Shown: in pieces, positions 1-9,422 of the stretch | Position numbering within the stretch: position 1 is the first letter of the stretch | Layout of the letters: each line of letters starts with the position of its first letter | The notes under the pieces: generated by a model | What the model was told of the DNA's origin: nothing | Seen by the model: only the letters and a program-made list of their open reading frames with translations | Databases searched by the model: none | From: Candidatus Melainabacteria bacterium 17Bon1m | GTDB lineage: Bacteria; Cyanobacteriota; Vampirovibrionia; Obscuribacterales; Obscuribacteraceae | Direction: 5' to 3' | Assembly (NCBI GenBank): GCA_032128875.1 | Contig: JAVLKG010000011.1 | Coordinates: 140,392 to 204,391 of the forward strand | DNA length: 64,000 bases | Translations under genes and position numbers: made by a program

Positions 1-294
1 GAGAGGCGCCAGTTCTTCCACTGCTATGCGCTTCATCGAAAGAATGGGGCCGTCAGCTCGCTTCGGAAATACCTTCTCAAGAAGATACGAGCCGGAATAA
101 ATGACGAATGATGTAAAGACAAGCGCAACGCCCACTGCCGCGCCGATCGCGAAGTCCTTACCGTGTGGTACCAAGACTGGTGCGAGCAAAATGTTGCCTA
201 GCCAACACCAGATTGTGGCGAGAAGAAGTAATGCTCCTTCTATGTAGAGGACGATATTGAGGAGCAAGCCTCGGTCAGGACGTAACTCGCGCAT
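1..294 (-). CDS. Partial membrane protein, possibly the N-terminus of a CPBP/Abi (CAAX protease-like) protein; runs off the window
   Basis: Manual translation from ATG 294: MRELRPDRGLLLNIVLYIEGALLLLATIWCWLG...MKRIAVEELAPL, open to position 1. Two hydrophobic segments; overlaps the truB 3' end by 20 nt. Catalytic motifs would lie outside the window. Confidence 0.6.
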   Translation of the reverse strand, partial: MRELRPDRGLLLNIVLYIEGALLLLATIWCWLGNILLAPVLVPHGKDFAIGAAVGVALVFTSFVIYSGSYLLEKVFPKRADGPILSMKRIAVEELAPL

Positions 295-1252
295 CCGAGA
301 ATACGACCTCCGGCTTACCCATGTTTTGTATTTGCTTCAAAAGTGCCACGTAGACTCCGTTTTGAACAGCCAGAAAAAAACGACCAGATTCGCCGTTTTT
401 GCAAACAACCCGACTGCCTTCGTTCGATGAGATGTCCTTTGATGCTAAATCAATTGCGCGTCCGTTGAAAATGTTTTCCGCATCTCTGTGATCGACTTCG
501 ATCTTTTCAAAGCCAAGCGCTGTTGTAAGGTCTGTGAAAAGTGACTGCCAGTCATCTTTTTCGATAAGCTCTTTTATCTGGTCCAGTGACAGTGAATTGT
601 CTATGGACAGATTACCGGCTTTTTCGCGTACGAGTTTGGATAGGCAGGCGGCACTTCCCAATGCTTCTCCAAGATCGCGTGCCAAAGAGCGAATGTATGT
701 TCCTTTGGAGCAATGCACTCGCACGGACGCAACGGGACCATTGAAGGCGGTGGACCCAGCACGTGCATCAGACGCACCGGAGGCTTGGAAGGAAAGCAGA
801 TCAAATTGATGTACTGTGACCGTTCGCTCAGGAGCCTTTTCCGGCGCTTTGCCTTTTCTCGCCAAGTCATATAGATGCTGTCCATCAATGCGAATGGCAC
901 TGTAGACGGGCGGATTTTGCTTGATCTCGCCGCGAAATTGCGTGAGTGCAGATTCTATTTGGGCTTGAGTTATGTGCGAGGCGTCTTTTTCTTCCAGCAC
1001 CTCGCCTTCTAAATCGTCTGTCGAGGTTCTTTTACCGAACAAAATTTCGGCATAGTAAGTCTTGTCTGAAGGCAAAAAGTCGATAAGCCGGCATGCCTGA
1101 CCCAGCGCCATCGGTAAGACACCCTCAGCGAGTGGGTCCAGTGTGCCGCCGTGTCCTGAGCGTTTTACTCGCGTCAAGCGACGAACACGCACGACAACAT
1201 CATGTGAAGTCATGCCCGGCGGCTTCAACACATTTAGAAAACCGAAGTGCAC
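275..1252 (-). CDS. truB: tRNA pseudouridine(55) synthase
   Basis: KPPGMTSHDVV, GHGGTLDP (catalytic Asp), CSKGTYIRSL; follows rbfA. Confidence 0.97.
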   Translation of the reverse strand: MHFGFLNVLKPPGMTSHDVVVRVRRLTRVKRSGHGGTLDPLAEGVLPMALGQACRLIDFLPSDKTYYAEILFGKRTSTDDLEGEVLEEKDASHITQAQIESALTQFRGEIKQNPPVYSAIRIDGQHLYDLARKGKAPEKAPERTVTVHQFDLLSFQASGASDARAGSTAFNGPVASVRVHCSKGTYIRSLARDLGEALGSAACLSKLVREKAGNLSIDNSLSLDQIKELIEKDDWQSLFTDLTTALGFEKIEVDHRDAENIFNGRAIDLASKDISSNEGSRVVCKNGESGRFFLAVQNGVYVALLKQIQNMGKPEVVFSDARVTS

Positions 1253-1267
1253 TGCTTTGCCTGAAAG

Positions 1268-1621
1268 TTAAACTTCGCCGCGGGCAATTTTTCCGAGCAA
1301 ATCGGAAACTTTGGCGCCGCGCTCAAGCGAGGTGTCGAGCTTGAGATTTAGTTCTGGAGCAAAACGCAAATGCAGGCGGCGGCACAGTTCGCCTCTCATA
1401 TAGCCGAGGTGTTCGTTGAGTGCTTCCATCGTGCTTTCGGAATCACCTTCGGCGCCGAAAACGGAGACGTAAACACGGCACGAACGGCAATCAGGCGTGG
1501 ACTCGACGTCGGTAATCGAGACAAGACCCTTAATACGGTCGTCTTTCAAATCGCGGCGAATGATTTCCGACAACTCTTTCTTTATTGACTGGGAAACTCG
1601 CAATGCGCGTTGGCTGGACAT
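1268..1621 (-). CDS. rbfA: 30S ribosome-binding factor A
   Basis: RALRVSQSIKKELSEI, KDDRI, LRFAPELNLKLD; between infB and truB. Confidence 0.96.
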   Translation of the reverse strand: MSSQRALRVSQSIKKELSEIIRRDLKDDRIKGLVSITDVESTPDCRSCRVYVSVFGAEGDSESTMEALNEHLGYMRGELCRRLHLRFAPELNLKLDTSLERGAKVSDLLGKIARGEV

Positions 1622-1661
1622 AATTCACCTCTCCAAGAAAGGTAAGAAAGGGCGAAGGAAA

Positions 1662-4244
1662 CTAAGAGCGGGTAATTTCGCGCTTGGTTTCTTGAATTTC
1701 GTAGACAGTGACCTTGTCGCCTTCTTGCAGGTCATTGAATTTCTCGAAGCTCATGCCGCATTCAAAGCCGGTTGCGACTTCTTTGGCATCGTCTTTGAAG
1801 CGCTTGAGAGTTTCGATCTTGCCTTCGTAAACGATAGTGCCGCCGCGGTCGATTTTGGCGATGCCGCCGCGTTTGACCTTTCCGGATGTGACCATGCAAC
1901 CACCGATGGAGAGCGCTTTGCCCAGTTTGAACACGGCGCGGATCTCGGCTTGACCGATTTGAACCTCGGACTTGAGCGGTTGGATGAGACCTTGAATGGC
2001 TTTTTCGAGGTCGTCTGTAATTTGATAGATGATGTTGTAGGTACGAACATCAACGCCTTCTTTTTCGCTGACTTCTTGTGCGTTGCGGTCAGGCTGCACG
2101 TTGAAGCCGACGATGATGGCATTTGAAGATGCCGCCAGGTTGACGTCGTTTTCGGAGATGTCACCGGATGATGTACGAAGAACGCGCACTGCAACTTCAT
2201 TAGAAGTGAGTTTGCGGATTTGTTCGGCGATAGCTTCGGCTGTACCTTGTACGTCTGCTTTGACAATGATGTTGAGTTCTTTGACTTCACCGGTTGCCAG
2301 CATATCGTGCAGAGATTCGAGAGTGACGTGGTGTGGACGTCTGTCTCCTCTTTCTGCTTTGCGGCCATCGACGATTTGCTTTTGGATCTGCATGTCGGCA
2401 ACGACTTCGAAGCGGTCGCCGGCTTGTGGAACATCGTCAAGACCGAGCACTTCCACAGGCATCGATGGACCGGCTGCTTTGACGCGCTGTCCTCGATCAT
2501 CAAATAGAGCTCTGACTCTGCCTGATGCTGTTCCGGCAATAAGCAAATCGCCTTCTCTGAGTGTGCCAGTCTGAACGAGCGCTGTAGCAACGGCGCCTTT
2601 TCCACGAGAAAGTTCCGCTTCGATGATGACACCGTTGGCGGGTTTTTCGGGGTTGGCTTTCAGATCTTGAATTTCAGACACCAACAAAATCATTTCGAGC
2701 AATTCGTCCAGACCGGTACGCTTCTTCGCCGAAACGTTGACGGTAACAGTGTCTCCACCGAATTTATCGGGGAGAATTCCATGCTCCATCAATTGAGTCA
2801 GAACACGATCAGGATCTGCATCTTGCTTATCGATTTTGTTGACGGCAACAATAATCGGCACGCCTGCAGCCTTAACGTGGTCGATTGCTTCAATTGTTTG
2901 AGGCATGACACCGTCGTCTGCTGCCACTACAAGGATGGCGACGTCGGTGGCCTTGGCTCCGCGAGCACGCATGGCAGTAAATGCTTCGTGACCAGGAGTA
3001 TCAAGGAAAACAATCTGACGCAGCGAGCCATCTTCATGCGGCACTTCGACGTGATAGGCGCCGATGTGCTGCGTGATACCGCCGTGTTCTGCATCCGTGA
3101 GCAAGAACTTCGTCTGTCTAATGGCGTCGAGCAAACTGGTTTTGCCGTGGTCGACGTGACCCATAATCGTGACCACCGGCGGTCTGGTGACCAGGGCCTT
3201 GAGGTCTTCTTCGGAGAGATCTTCTTCGACTTTGACGACTTCCTCGACCTTTTCTTCGGTCAAGACTTCGTATTCCATTTCGGAAGCCAGCTCACGCGCC
3301 AGATCAACTTCTACAAGTTGGTTGACGGTGCGCATGGTTCCTTTCATGAACAGGCGCTTAATCACTTCTGTGTCAGCGACATTCATTTTTTCGGCCAATT
3401 CTTTGACCGTAAGGTTTTGGGTAAGAGTTATCACTTTTGGGACTTCAATTGTCGCGGCTGCTGGGCGCGACTTTTCTTCCTTCTTTTGTTGTTGTTGTCT
3501 TTCGTGTCCAGCATGCCGAGATTTCGGAGGTCTGGGCGGCGTGGCGCGGTTGGAAGGCGCGGCCACTCTCACTGGTTGAGATGGAACAGTTGGCACTGAT
3601 GGACTTTGAACTAGTTTTTTGAATGCATCAGGCGAAAAGTTTTCTGTAGCTTTGGACTTGTCTTCTTTCGGAGGTTCTTCGCTCTTGGGCGCAGTCGCCG
3701 GTTCTGTCGGTGCCTCTTTGACCGGCTCTTTGACAGGTTGGGCTGGCACTTCTTCCGGTTTGTCGTCACCTTTGCCTTTTGGAGCTTTCGACTGTTCGTC
3801 TACTTCTTCCACAACCGGAGGCGCTGGTGCTGCCTCCACGACAGGCTCAGGTGGTGCAGGTGGAGCAACCGGTTCTTGAGGCGGAGCCTTTTCGGCCGGT
3901 TCTTGAACTGGAGCTGCATCGACAGGCGGTGCTTCCGCAACTGTCTCCTCTGGAGCGGTCTCTTTTCTGTATCGTGCCAGTACTCTAGGTTTTTGCTTTT
4001 CCGGGGTTTGGGGCGGCGGGATCTTGCCTAAAGGCTTGGCAGCTGTCTTGACTGCCGGTTTGTCTTTCTCGCCTTTGCCGTTCTTCTTGCCCAGGTGTGA
4101 GATAAGAAGCCCGACTGTACTGGCGTCAATCGTGCTCGAATGGCTCTTGATGTCGTAGCCGAGTTCACGCAAAGCTGTGATGATATCCCCGTTTTCGAGG
4201 TTCATCTGGCGCGCTAATTCGTACACACGGACACGATCATTCAT
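1662..4244 (-). CDS. infB: Translation initiation factor IF-2
   Basis: RVYELA N-terminus, Pro/Glu-rich linker, GHVDHGKT, DTPGH, NKID. Start moved to ATG 4244, with SD AAGGAG at 4255-4260. Confidence 0.98.
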   Translation of the reverse strand: MNDRVRVYELARQMNLENGDIITALRELGYDIKSHSSTIDASTVGLLISHLGKKNGKGEKDKPAVKTAAKPLGKIPPPQTPEKQKPRVLARYRKETAPEETVAEAPPVDAAPVQEPAEKAPPQEPVAPPAPPEPVVEAAPAPPVVEEVDEQSKAPKGKGDDKPEEVPAQPVKEPVKEAPTEPATAPKSEEPPKEDKSKATENFSPDAFKKLVQSPSVPTVPSQPVRVAAPSNRATPPRPPKSRHAGHERQQQQKKEEKSRPAAATIEVPKVITLTQNLTVKELAEKMNVADTEVIKRLFMKGTMRTVNQLVEVDLARELASEMEYEVLTEEKVEEVVKVEEDLSEEDLKALVTRPPVVTIMGHVDHGKTSLLDAIRQTKFLLTDAEHGGITQHIGAYHVEVPHEDGSLRQIVFLDTPGHEAFTAMRARGAKATDVAILVVAADDGVMPQTIEAIDHVKAAGVPIIVAVNKIDKQDADPDRVLTQLMEHGILPDKFGGDTVTVNVSAKKRTGLDELLEMILLVSEIQDLKANPEKPANGVIIEAELSRGKGAVATALVQTGTLREGDLLIAGTASGRVRALFDDRGQRVKAAGPSMPVEVLGLDDVPQAGDRFEVVADMQIQKQIVDGRKAERGDRRPHHVTLESLHDMLATGEVKELNIIVKADVQGTAEAIAEQIRKLTSNEVAVRVLRTSSGDISENDVNLAASSNAIIVGFNVQPDRNAQEVSEKEGVDVRTYNIIYQITDDLEKAIQGLIQPLKSEVQIGQAEIRAVFKLGKALSIGGCMVTSGKVKRGGIAKIDRGGTIVYEGKIETLKRFKDDAKEVATGFECGMSFEKFNDLQEGDKVTVYEIQETKREITRS

Positions 4245-4251
4245 CAGGCTT

Positions 4252-4587
4252 TTACTCCTTGCTCTGTGTATTTTGGCACGTTTTAGCCGTATCTGTGCAC
4301 TCTCTGTATACAAGCTGTATCAGTTGCTCAGAGAGCGGGAAAGCCACAGAGCGTGGGGCTGGCTTGCCCTTTACTTTTCGTCCTTCCAGGGCCCCTTTCA
4401 GGCGTGTGCCTTTCAAAGCCTGGTCAACACAGGCTTTCCGGCGACAAATATAAACCGATCTTCCTGACAGGTGCTTATTGCCTGTGTTCAGGCGCACTTC
4501 ACTGCTTTGATAGTCGCAGGTGAGGCGAATTAAATCTTTCTGCGCTTTCTTCAAACGGCATGCCACGCAGATTCGCGTAGAAAGCAA
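4252..4587 (-). CDS. ylxR: YlxR/DUF448 family RNA-binding protein
   Basis: RICVACR...GRSVYIC..C motifs; conserved position between nusA and infB. Confidence 0.9.
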   Translation of the reverse strand: MLSTRICVACRLKKAQKDLIRLTCDYQSSEVRLNTGNKHLSGRSVYICRRKACVDQALKGTRLKGALEGRKVKGKPAPRSVAFPLSEQLIQLVYRECTDTAKTCQNTQSKE

Positions 4588-4711
4588 CGGGCTGTCTCTC
4601 CGGTTGGATGCGGCAAGAGAAAATAGATCGAACTAACCAGGCAGCTGTACTGGCTGCCCTTCAAGCTCTTTTCAATTCCCGCGTGAGTGTTTCTCTGTGA
4701 ACGTTAATTAG

Positions 4712-4742
4712 AAAAAGAGGACCGGATAAAGCCCGGTCCTCT
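4712..4742 (-). terminator. Intrinsic terminator-like hairpin just after nusA
   Basis: 10-bp stem AGAGGACCGG (4716-4725)/CCGGTCCTCT (4733-4742), followed by a U-run on the minus strand. Confidence 0.7.
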
Positions 4743-4754
4743 GCTTGACTGCAT

Positions 4755-5894
4755 TTACGCTTGGGCGCCCAGGTCTTCCAATGTTTGATTGAGAGATTTG
4801 AACGAACCGCCTGCTTGAGATTCGGATTTGATGTCGATTTTCCAGCCGGTCAGTTTTGCCGCCAGACGGACGTTTTGACCGCCGCGACCGATAGCCAAAC
4901 TAAGTTGATCGTCAGGAACGATTACTTCGGCTCTCTTGCCGCCCGCTTCCGGATTCTCTTCGTAAAGAGCTACGGTTGTGATGCGGGCAGGGCTGAGCGC
5001 ATTAGAGATGTAATCGACCGGGTCACCGGAGAAGCGGATGACGTCAATCTTTTCGTTACGCAGTTCGGCAACGACGTTCTGAATACGAACGCCTCGTGTA
5101 CCGATACAGGCGCCGACCGGATCGACATCGGCATCATCGGAATGCACGGCAATCTTTGTACGATAGCCGGCTTCACGAGCAATCGATTTGATTTCGACTG
5201 TTCCGTCTTCGATTTCCGGAACATAAAGTTCGAACAATTCTCTAACCAGTTCGGGGTGCGCTTGCGAGACGATAATCTGCGGAACGCGGCCGGTTTCTCT
5301 CAGTTCGAGAACGTACACACGAACGCGGTTGCCCACTCTGTATGTTTCGCCAGGCAACTGTTCGCGTGTGGGCATGCAGCCTTCGACGCGTCCGAGGTTG
5401 ACGATGACGTTGTTTCTCGTATTGGAGATAACTTCGATACGCTCGATTTGCCCGGTTGTGCAGGTGCCTTTGCGAGCTTCGAATTCTTTTTTGATCAGTT
5501 CCTTTTCAGCTTCTCTCAAACGTTGAGTCATCAACTGCTTGGCTGTTTGAGCCGCGATACGGCCGAACTCTGAGAAGTCTGCCGGTGTTACTTCGATTTC
5601 CAAAACTTCGCCGACTGTTACGTCAGGAATCAGATCTTTAGCATCTTCGAGGCTGATCTGGTGATATTCGTTTTCCGCTTTGTCCACAACTTCTTTGGGA
5701 GCAAAGATGCCGATTTCACCTGTTTCGTGGTCGAAGATTGCCCGTACGCCTTCGACATCGTGGTCGGGCACTTTCTTTTTGTAAGCGGCAACGATAGCGT
5801 CGCACACGTATGAGATGAATTCTGCTTGCGGAATATTGCGCTCTCTTTCCAGCTCTTCAGCTGCTTCCAAGAGTTTGTCGCCTATTTTGATCAT
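4755..5894 (-). CDS. nusA: Transcription elongation factor NusA
   Basis: FGRIAAQTAKQ, S1 and KH domains (AREAGYRTKIAV, GACIG, SLAIGRGGQNVRLA). Confidence 0.98.
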   Translation of the reverse strand: MIKIGDKLLEAAEELERERNIPQAEFISYVCDAIVAAYKKKVPDHDVEGVRAIFDHETGEIGIFAPKEVVDKAENEYHQISLEDAKDLIPDVTVGEVLEIEVTPADFSEFGRIAAQTAKQLMTQRLREAEKELIKKEFEARKGTCTTGQIERIEVISNTRNNVIVNLGRVEGCMPTREQLPGETYRVGNRVRVYVLELRETGRVPQIIVSQAHPELVRELFELYVPEIEDGTVEIKSIAREAGYRTKIAVHSDDADVDPVGACIGTRGVRIQNVVAELRNEKIDVIRFSGDPVDYISNALSPARITTVALYEENPEAGGKRAEVIVPDDQLSLAIGRGGQNVRLAAKLTGWKIDIKSESQAGGSFKSLNQTLEDLGAQA

Positions 5895-6022
5895 GGATTT
5901 GACTCCTTCAGTCTATTCAATTTTAGTATTCAGTTTTAGTTTCCGGTTTTCTTTTCTTTTCGTAGAAGCGGCATGGTGACCGCATTCTCTCAGGTTGGGT
6001 TTCCCCTAAATCTGTTTTGCTC

Positions 6023-6655
6023 TCACTCTTTGTCCTGGCATTCCTCATCGGCATTCAGGTCTACAGGCGGTAATTTAGGCATCTCTTGCGGATGAAGGCG
6101 GACGAGTGCCACCTTCTTCATATCGAGAATCAAGCTAGGGCAGCCTGGTGTTGCGGATTTCTGCAGTTCTGCCGCCTTCTTTGATGGCTTGGCGTTGTGC
6201 CCCATACCTTTCTTTGCCAAAACCGGCTTCACATTTTTTAGATGCAGTTTGCCGTCAAGAAGCGCTTCCAGGGTGCCGGTGAATTCCGTGCCTACATCTT
6301 GTACTTTGTCTTTTGCTCTGACAAAAACCTGATGTCCGGCAAATACGAGAAACTCACGCGCGGTCTTTAGCTCTCTTTCGATACCCGGACTCTGTACTTC
6401 TAGATAGTACGAACCTTCGATGATCGCCGGCTTGTTAGTCTCGGGCTCTAAAACCTCGCCCAGCTGGCGGCTAATTGTTTCACAATCCGACAAACCAACC
6501 GATTTTGTATGTGAGAAAATCGTCACTTCCACGCTCTTTCTGCGTCCTTGCTGCGTCAGGCGCACATCGACGACTTGAAAGCCCAGCGGGGCGGCGATTT
6601 TTTCGGCGAGCCCTGTCACCTCCAAAATCACATCTTCTGGTTTTCTACTTGTCAT
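6023..6655 (-). CDS. rimP: Ribosome maturation factor RimP
   Basis: DCETISRQL, YYLEVQSPGIEREL; first gene of the nusA operon. Start uncertain (ATG 6655 or 6715). Confidence 0.93.
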   Translation of the reverse strand: MTSRKPEDVILEVTGLAEKIAAPLGFQVVDVRLTQQGRRKSVEVTIFSHTKSVGLSDCETISRQLGEVLEPETNKPAIIEGSYYLEVQSPGIERELKTAREFLVFAGHQVFVRAKDKVQDVGTEFTGTLEALLDGKLHLKNVKPVLAKKGMGHNAKPSKKAAELQKSATPGCPSLILDMKKVALVRLHPQEMPKLPPVDLNADEECQDKE

Positions 6656-6763
6656 TTTTACCGGCTGGCCGATGGTCACACTGAATGCGGCTGTCTCTTG
6701 GCTATCGTGGCGCATCGTGCTGCGGGCGGCTCATACAAGCCAAACACGACAAAGACACCGCCG

Positions 6764-6855
6764 AAATAAAAGAGGGCGTAGGCTTAGGCTTCCTACACGT
6801 CTCAATTGCTTCCCTTGCAAGCCGCTATGTTAGCATACCGGCAGTTTTCAAACAA
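6764..6855 (-). promoter_or_regulatory. Putative rimP operon promoter plus leader attenuator hairpin
   Basis: Minus strand TTGTTT (6855-6850), 17 nt, TAACAT (6832-6827) with extended -10 TG. Downstream hairpin GAG..GTAGG/CCTAC..CTC plus UUUUAUUU (6803-6764) resembles known rimP leader terminators. Confidence 0.5.
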
Positions 6856-6935
6856 TCCGGGACATATGGAGCCGGTCTGGCGCCGGTTTTGCGACTTCAA
6901 AAGTATTGATTTCCTATCTTCAAAAAGGGGCTAGA

Positions 6936-7445
6936 GTGCCGATTTCTGTCAGTTTTACCAACCAGCAAAAGTATCTGAAGGTGAGCAAGAAAGAGTGGAA
7001 AGCCAAGTTCGACAAGCTTGCAGCCGCAATAATTCGCAATCTTCAGGAGGAGCCACCGCCGCATCTGAAGAAGAAGTGGTTGGCGAAAGTTGCTGAAAGA
7101 GGCGTGTTCAACGTCGTTTTCGTTACTAACGATGAAATCCAGGATTTGAACCGCCAGTGGCGAAACAAGGACGCACCGACCGATGTACTTTCATTCCCGA
7201 TGGATGCCGACGAGCCCCCGCCGGGAGAGCCATGGGAATTGGGCGATGTGATCGTCTCGGTTGAGAGAGCCGATGAGCAGGCTGAAGATTATGGACACAG
7301 TCTCGAGCGAGAGCTGTGCTTCCTCTTTGTGCACGGAGCCCTGCATGTTTTAGGCTTTGATCACGAAACGAAAAAAGAAGAAAAGGAAATGTTCGGGCGG
7401 CAAAAGGTTGTCCTTGATTCTCAAGGAATCAGCCGGGACAAATAA
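6936..7445 (+). CDS. ybeY: rRNA maturation endoribonuclease YbeY
   Basis: LNRQWRNKDAPTDVLSFP, LGDVIVS, HGALHVLGFDH zinc motif; probable GTG start at 6936. Confidence 0.96.
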   Translation: MPISVSFTNQQKYLKVSKKEWKAKFDKLAAAIIRNLQEEPPPHLKKKWLAKVAERGVFNVVFVTNDEIQDLNRQWRNKDAPTDVLSFPMDADEPPPGEPWELGDVIVSVERADEQAEDYGHSLERELCFLFVHGALHVLGFDHETKKEEKEMFGRQKVVLDSQGISRDK

Positions 7446-7529
7446 GGAAACTATATAAACAACTGAGATAGAAGCAATTTCTTCGCTTGCTCGACGTGTT
7501 ATCTTGCAAAATGGAAGAGGAATTCTACA

Positions 7530-8039
7530 GTGACCGCAGGAACCGCAACTAAAGCCGCAGAGTCGAATTCTCTAAATTCGGTGTCGTCAAAGAAGGCGAA
7601 CACTGCGGCAGTCACAGCAAAACGTGACAGTACATTTGTTGTACCTGCGAGCTGGCAACACAAGACCGGCCGCACCACAAGCATGATCGAGTCTTTCTAC
7701 CACGCATTTTCCGGCATTCGGCAGGGCTTGAAAGAGCAGCGCAATCTGCGTATCCATTTCACGCTCTCTGCTCTGGTTGTATGTTTGGGCGTTTTCCTTC
7801 ATGTAGACGCGGCGAGCTGGCTGGCGCTGGTGCTTTGCATTGGGCTTGTAATTGGCGCTGAGCTGCTCAATACAGCCATTGAGCACGTAGTCGATTTGAC
7901 TGCGGGCGGTGAATATCATCTGGCAGCCAAAAAGGCGAAGGACACAGCAGCAGCGGCTGTTTTGGTGGTCGCTCTGGCGGCATCGGCAGTGGGAGCAATC
8001 GTCTTCCTGCCCAGGCTCTGTGCCTATTTTGGAGTTTAA
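7530..8039 (+). CDS. dgkA: Diacylglycerol/undecaprenol kinase
   Basis: SFYHAFSG, ELLNTAIEHVVD, AKDTAAAAVL; ybeY-dgkA synteny. Confidence 0.92.
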   Translation: MTAGTATKAAESNSLNSVSSKKANTAAVTAKRDSTFVVPASWQHKTGRTTSMIESFYHAFSGIRQGLKEQRNLRIHFTLSALVVCLGVFLHVDAASWLALVLCIGLVIGAELLNTAIEHVVDLTAGGEYHLAAKKAKDTAAAAVLVVALAASAVGAIVFLPRLCAYFGV

Positions 8040-8216
8040 AATGCCCTTTATCGGGCATAACATATAGGTAGGGGTGGCAAAATCAAAACCCCGTCTGGTG
8101 CGGCATTTCACGGGCTCCGTGGGATTTTTCCCATTGACTGTCCAATCTTCGCTGAGTTATGTATATATGCGAGCACGACTACATAAAGACCTAACCCCTT
8201 TGCGAGGTCCCACCGA

Positions 8217-9404
8217 ATGAGTACGGGTGATTACGATTCCCGTCCAGCAAATCTATATCAGTTTGCGGATGGCAATCAGAACAACCAAGGCGACAGAACT
8301 GATATGTATCAGTTCAATGGCGGCGACGGACCAAGTCGCTTCCAGGAAGAAGGTTGGAATATACCTCGTGGTCAGACCAAGACCTACGCATTCCCGATGG
8401 ATAATCAGGGCTATCCTGTTATCAACAATTACGGGACCGTCAACATTTATATGGCCGGCGGCAACGGTTATGACGACGCCTCATGTCGAGCACAGCAGGC
8501 CGCCAAGCTCAACGACATGATGTCTGGTCGCTATGACAATTACGATGACCGTTATCGTGAGCAATATTCTCCGGACTACAATCGACTGTCCGACTTCAGG
8601 CGCCAAGCGCTGATTCGCGACGGACAACGTATGGATCAGCAATTCCGCGATCAATACGAACGCAGCAGCTATAGACCTGACCCCTATTACGATCGTAGTT
8701 TCAACGATTACGCATACAGGCGTCCGGGTGGCAACGACGTCAGCTATACGCATGGCGGGCGCGATGGAATCAGCTTCTATAGAAGCGAGCCTTCGTACAA
8801 CAGCCTTCCACCATGGGTCAATGATGACTGCTTCGGTACAGGAAGAGATAGAAATGGCTATCGTATCTTCCAAGATTTGCTGCAGACAGGCTTGTCTTAT
8901 GACATAGCTCGCCGACACGCACGCAACGGTGGCGACGACTATTATGGCAGTGGACGCTGGGATCGCGGATACGACAATGCTCGTATGAACCCGATTGAGT
9001 ACATGTTGTTGAACAATGCCATTGGTGGCAATCGTTGGGATCGCTATAGCAACCGCTATTACGATAACCGCGATATCAACTACACCCATGGCGGACGCGA
9101 CGGCTTGTCCTTCTACAATCAATCGCCATCTTGGGATAGATATGGCTCTGGCAACGCCGGTCTCGGCTTGTTGGAAGACGGACTGAAAACCTATTTGGCA
9201 TACGACATTGCCAGACGCTCTGTACCGAAATACGATTCACACAATAACGTAAATTCGTATTATTCAAACAACGATCGCTATTACAACGATCGCTACGAAA
9301 ATCATCAAGCGTATGCTCGTGCGCGTCAAGACATCATGTACCAGCGCAACCAGGAGCGTATCGCCTACAATCGTCAAAGAGCATTAGAACGTCGTCAAGG
9401 CTAA
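8217..9404 (+). CDS. Hypothetical low-complexity Tyr/Asp/Asn/Arg/Gly-rich protein with an internal duplication
   Basis: 395-aa ORF, SD GAGG upstream, duplicated YTHGGRDG.SFY...YDIARR module. Confidence 0.8.
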   Translation: MSTGDYDSRPANLYQFADGNQNNQGDRTDMYQFNGGDGPSRFQEEGWNIPRGQTKTYAFPMDNQGYPVINNYGTVNIYMAGGNGYDDASCRAQQAAKLNDMMSGRYDNYDDRYREQYSPDYNRLSDFRRQALIRDGQRMDQQFRDQYERSSYRPDPYYDRSFNDYAYRRPGGNDVSYTHGGRDGISFYRSEPSYNSLPPWVNDDCFGTGRDRNGYRIFQDLLQTGLSYDIARRHARNGGDDYYGSGRWDRGYDNARMNPIEYMLLNNAIGGNRWDRYSNRYYDNRDINYTHGGRDGLSFYNQSPSWDRYGSGNAGLGLLEDGLKTYLAYDIARRSVPKYDSHNNVNSYYSNNDRYYNDRYENHQAYARARQDIMYQRNQERIAYNRQRALERRQG

Positions 9405-9422
9405 TCGCCAAAGCGTGAGCCA

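Noticed and set aside
1497-5573. Long antisense or alternate-frame ORFs over infB and nusA (209-310 aa)
   Set aside because: Typical codon-bias shadows of highly expressed genes, with no recognisable motifs.
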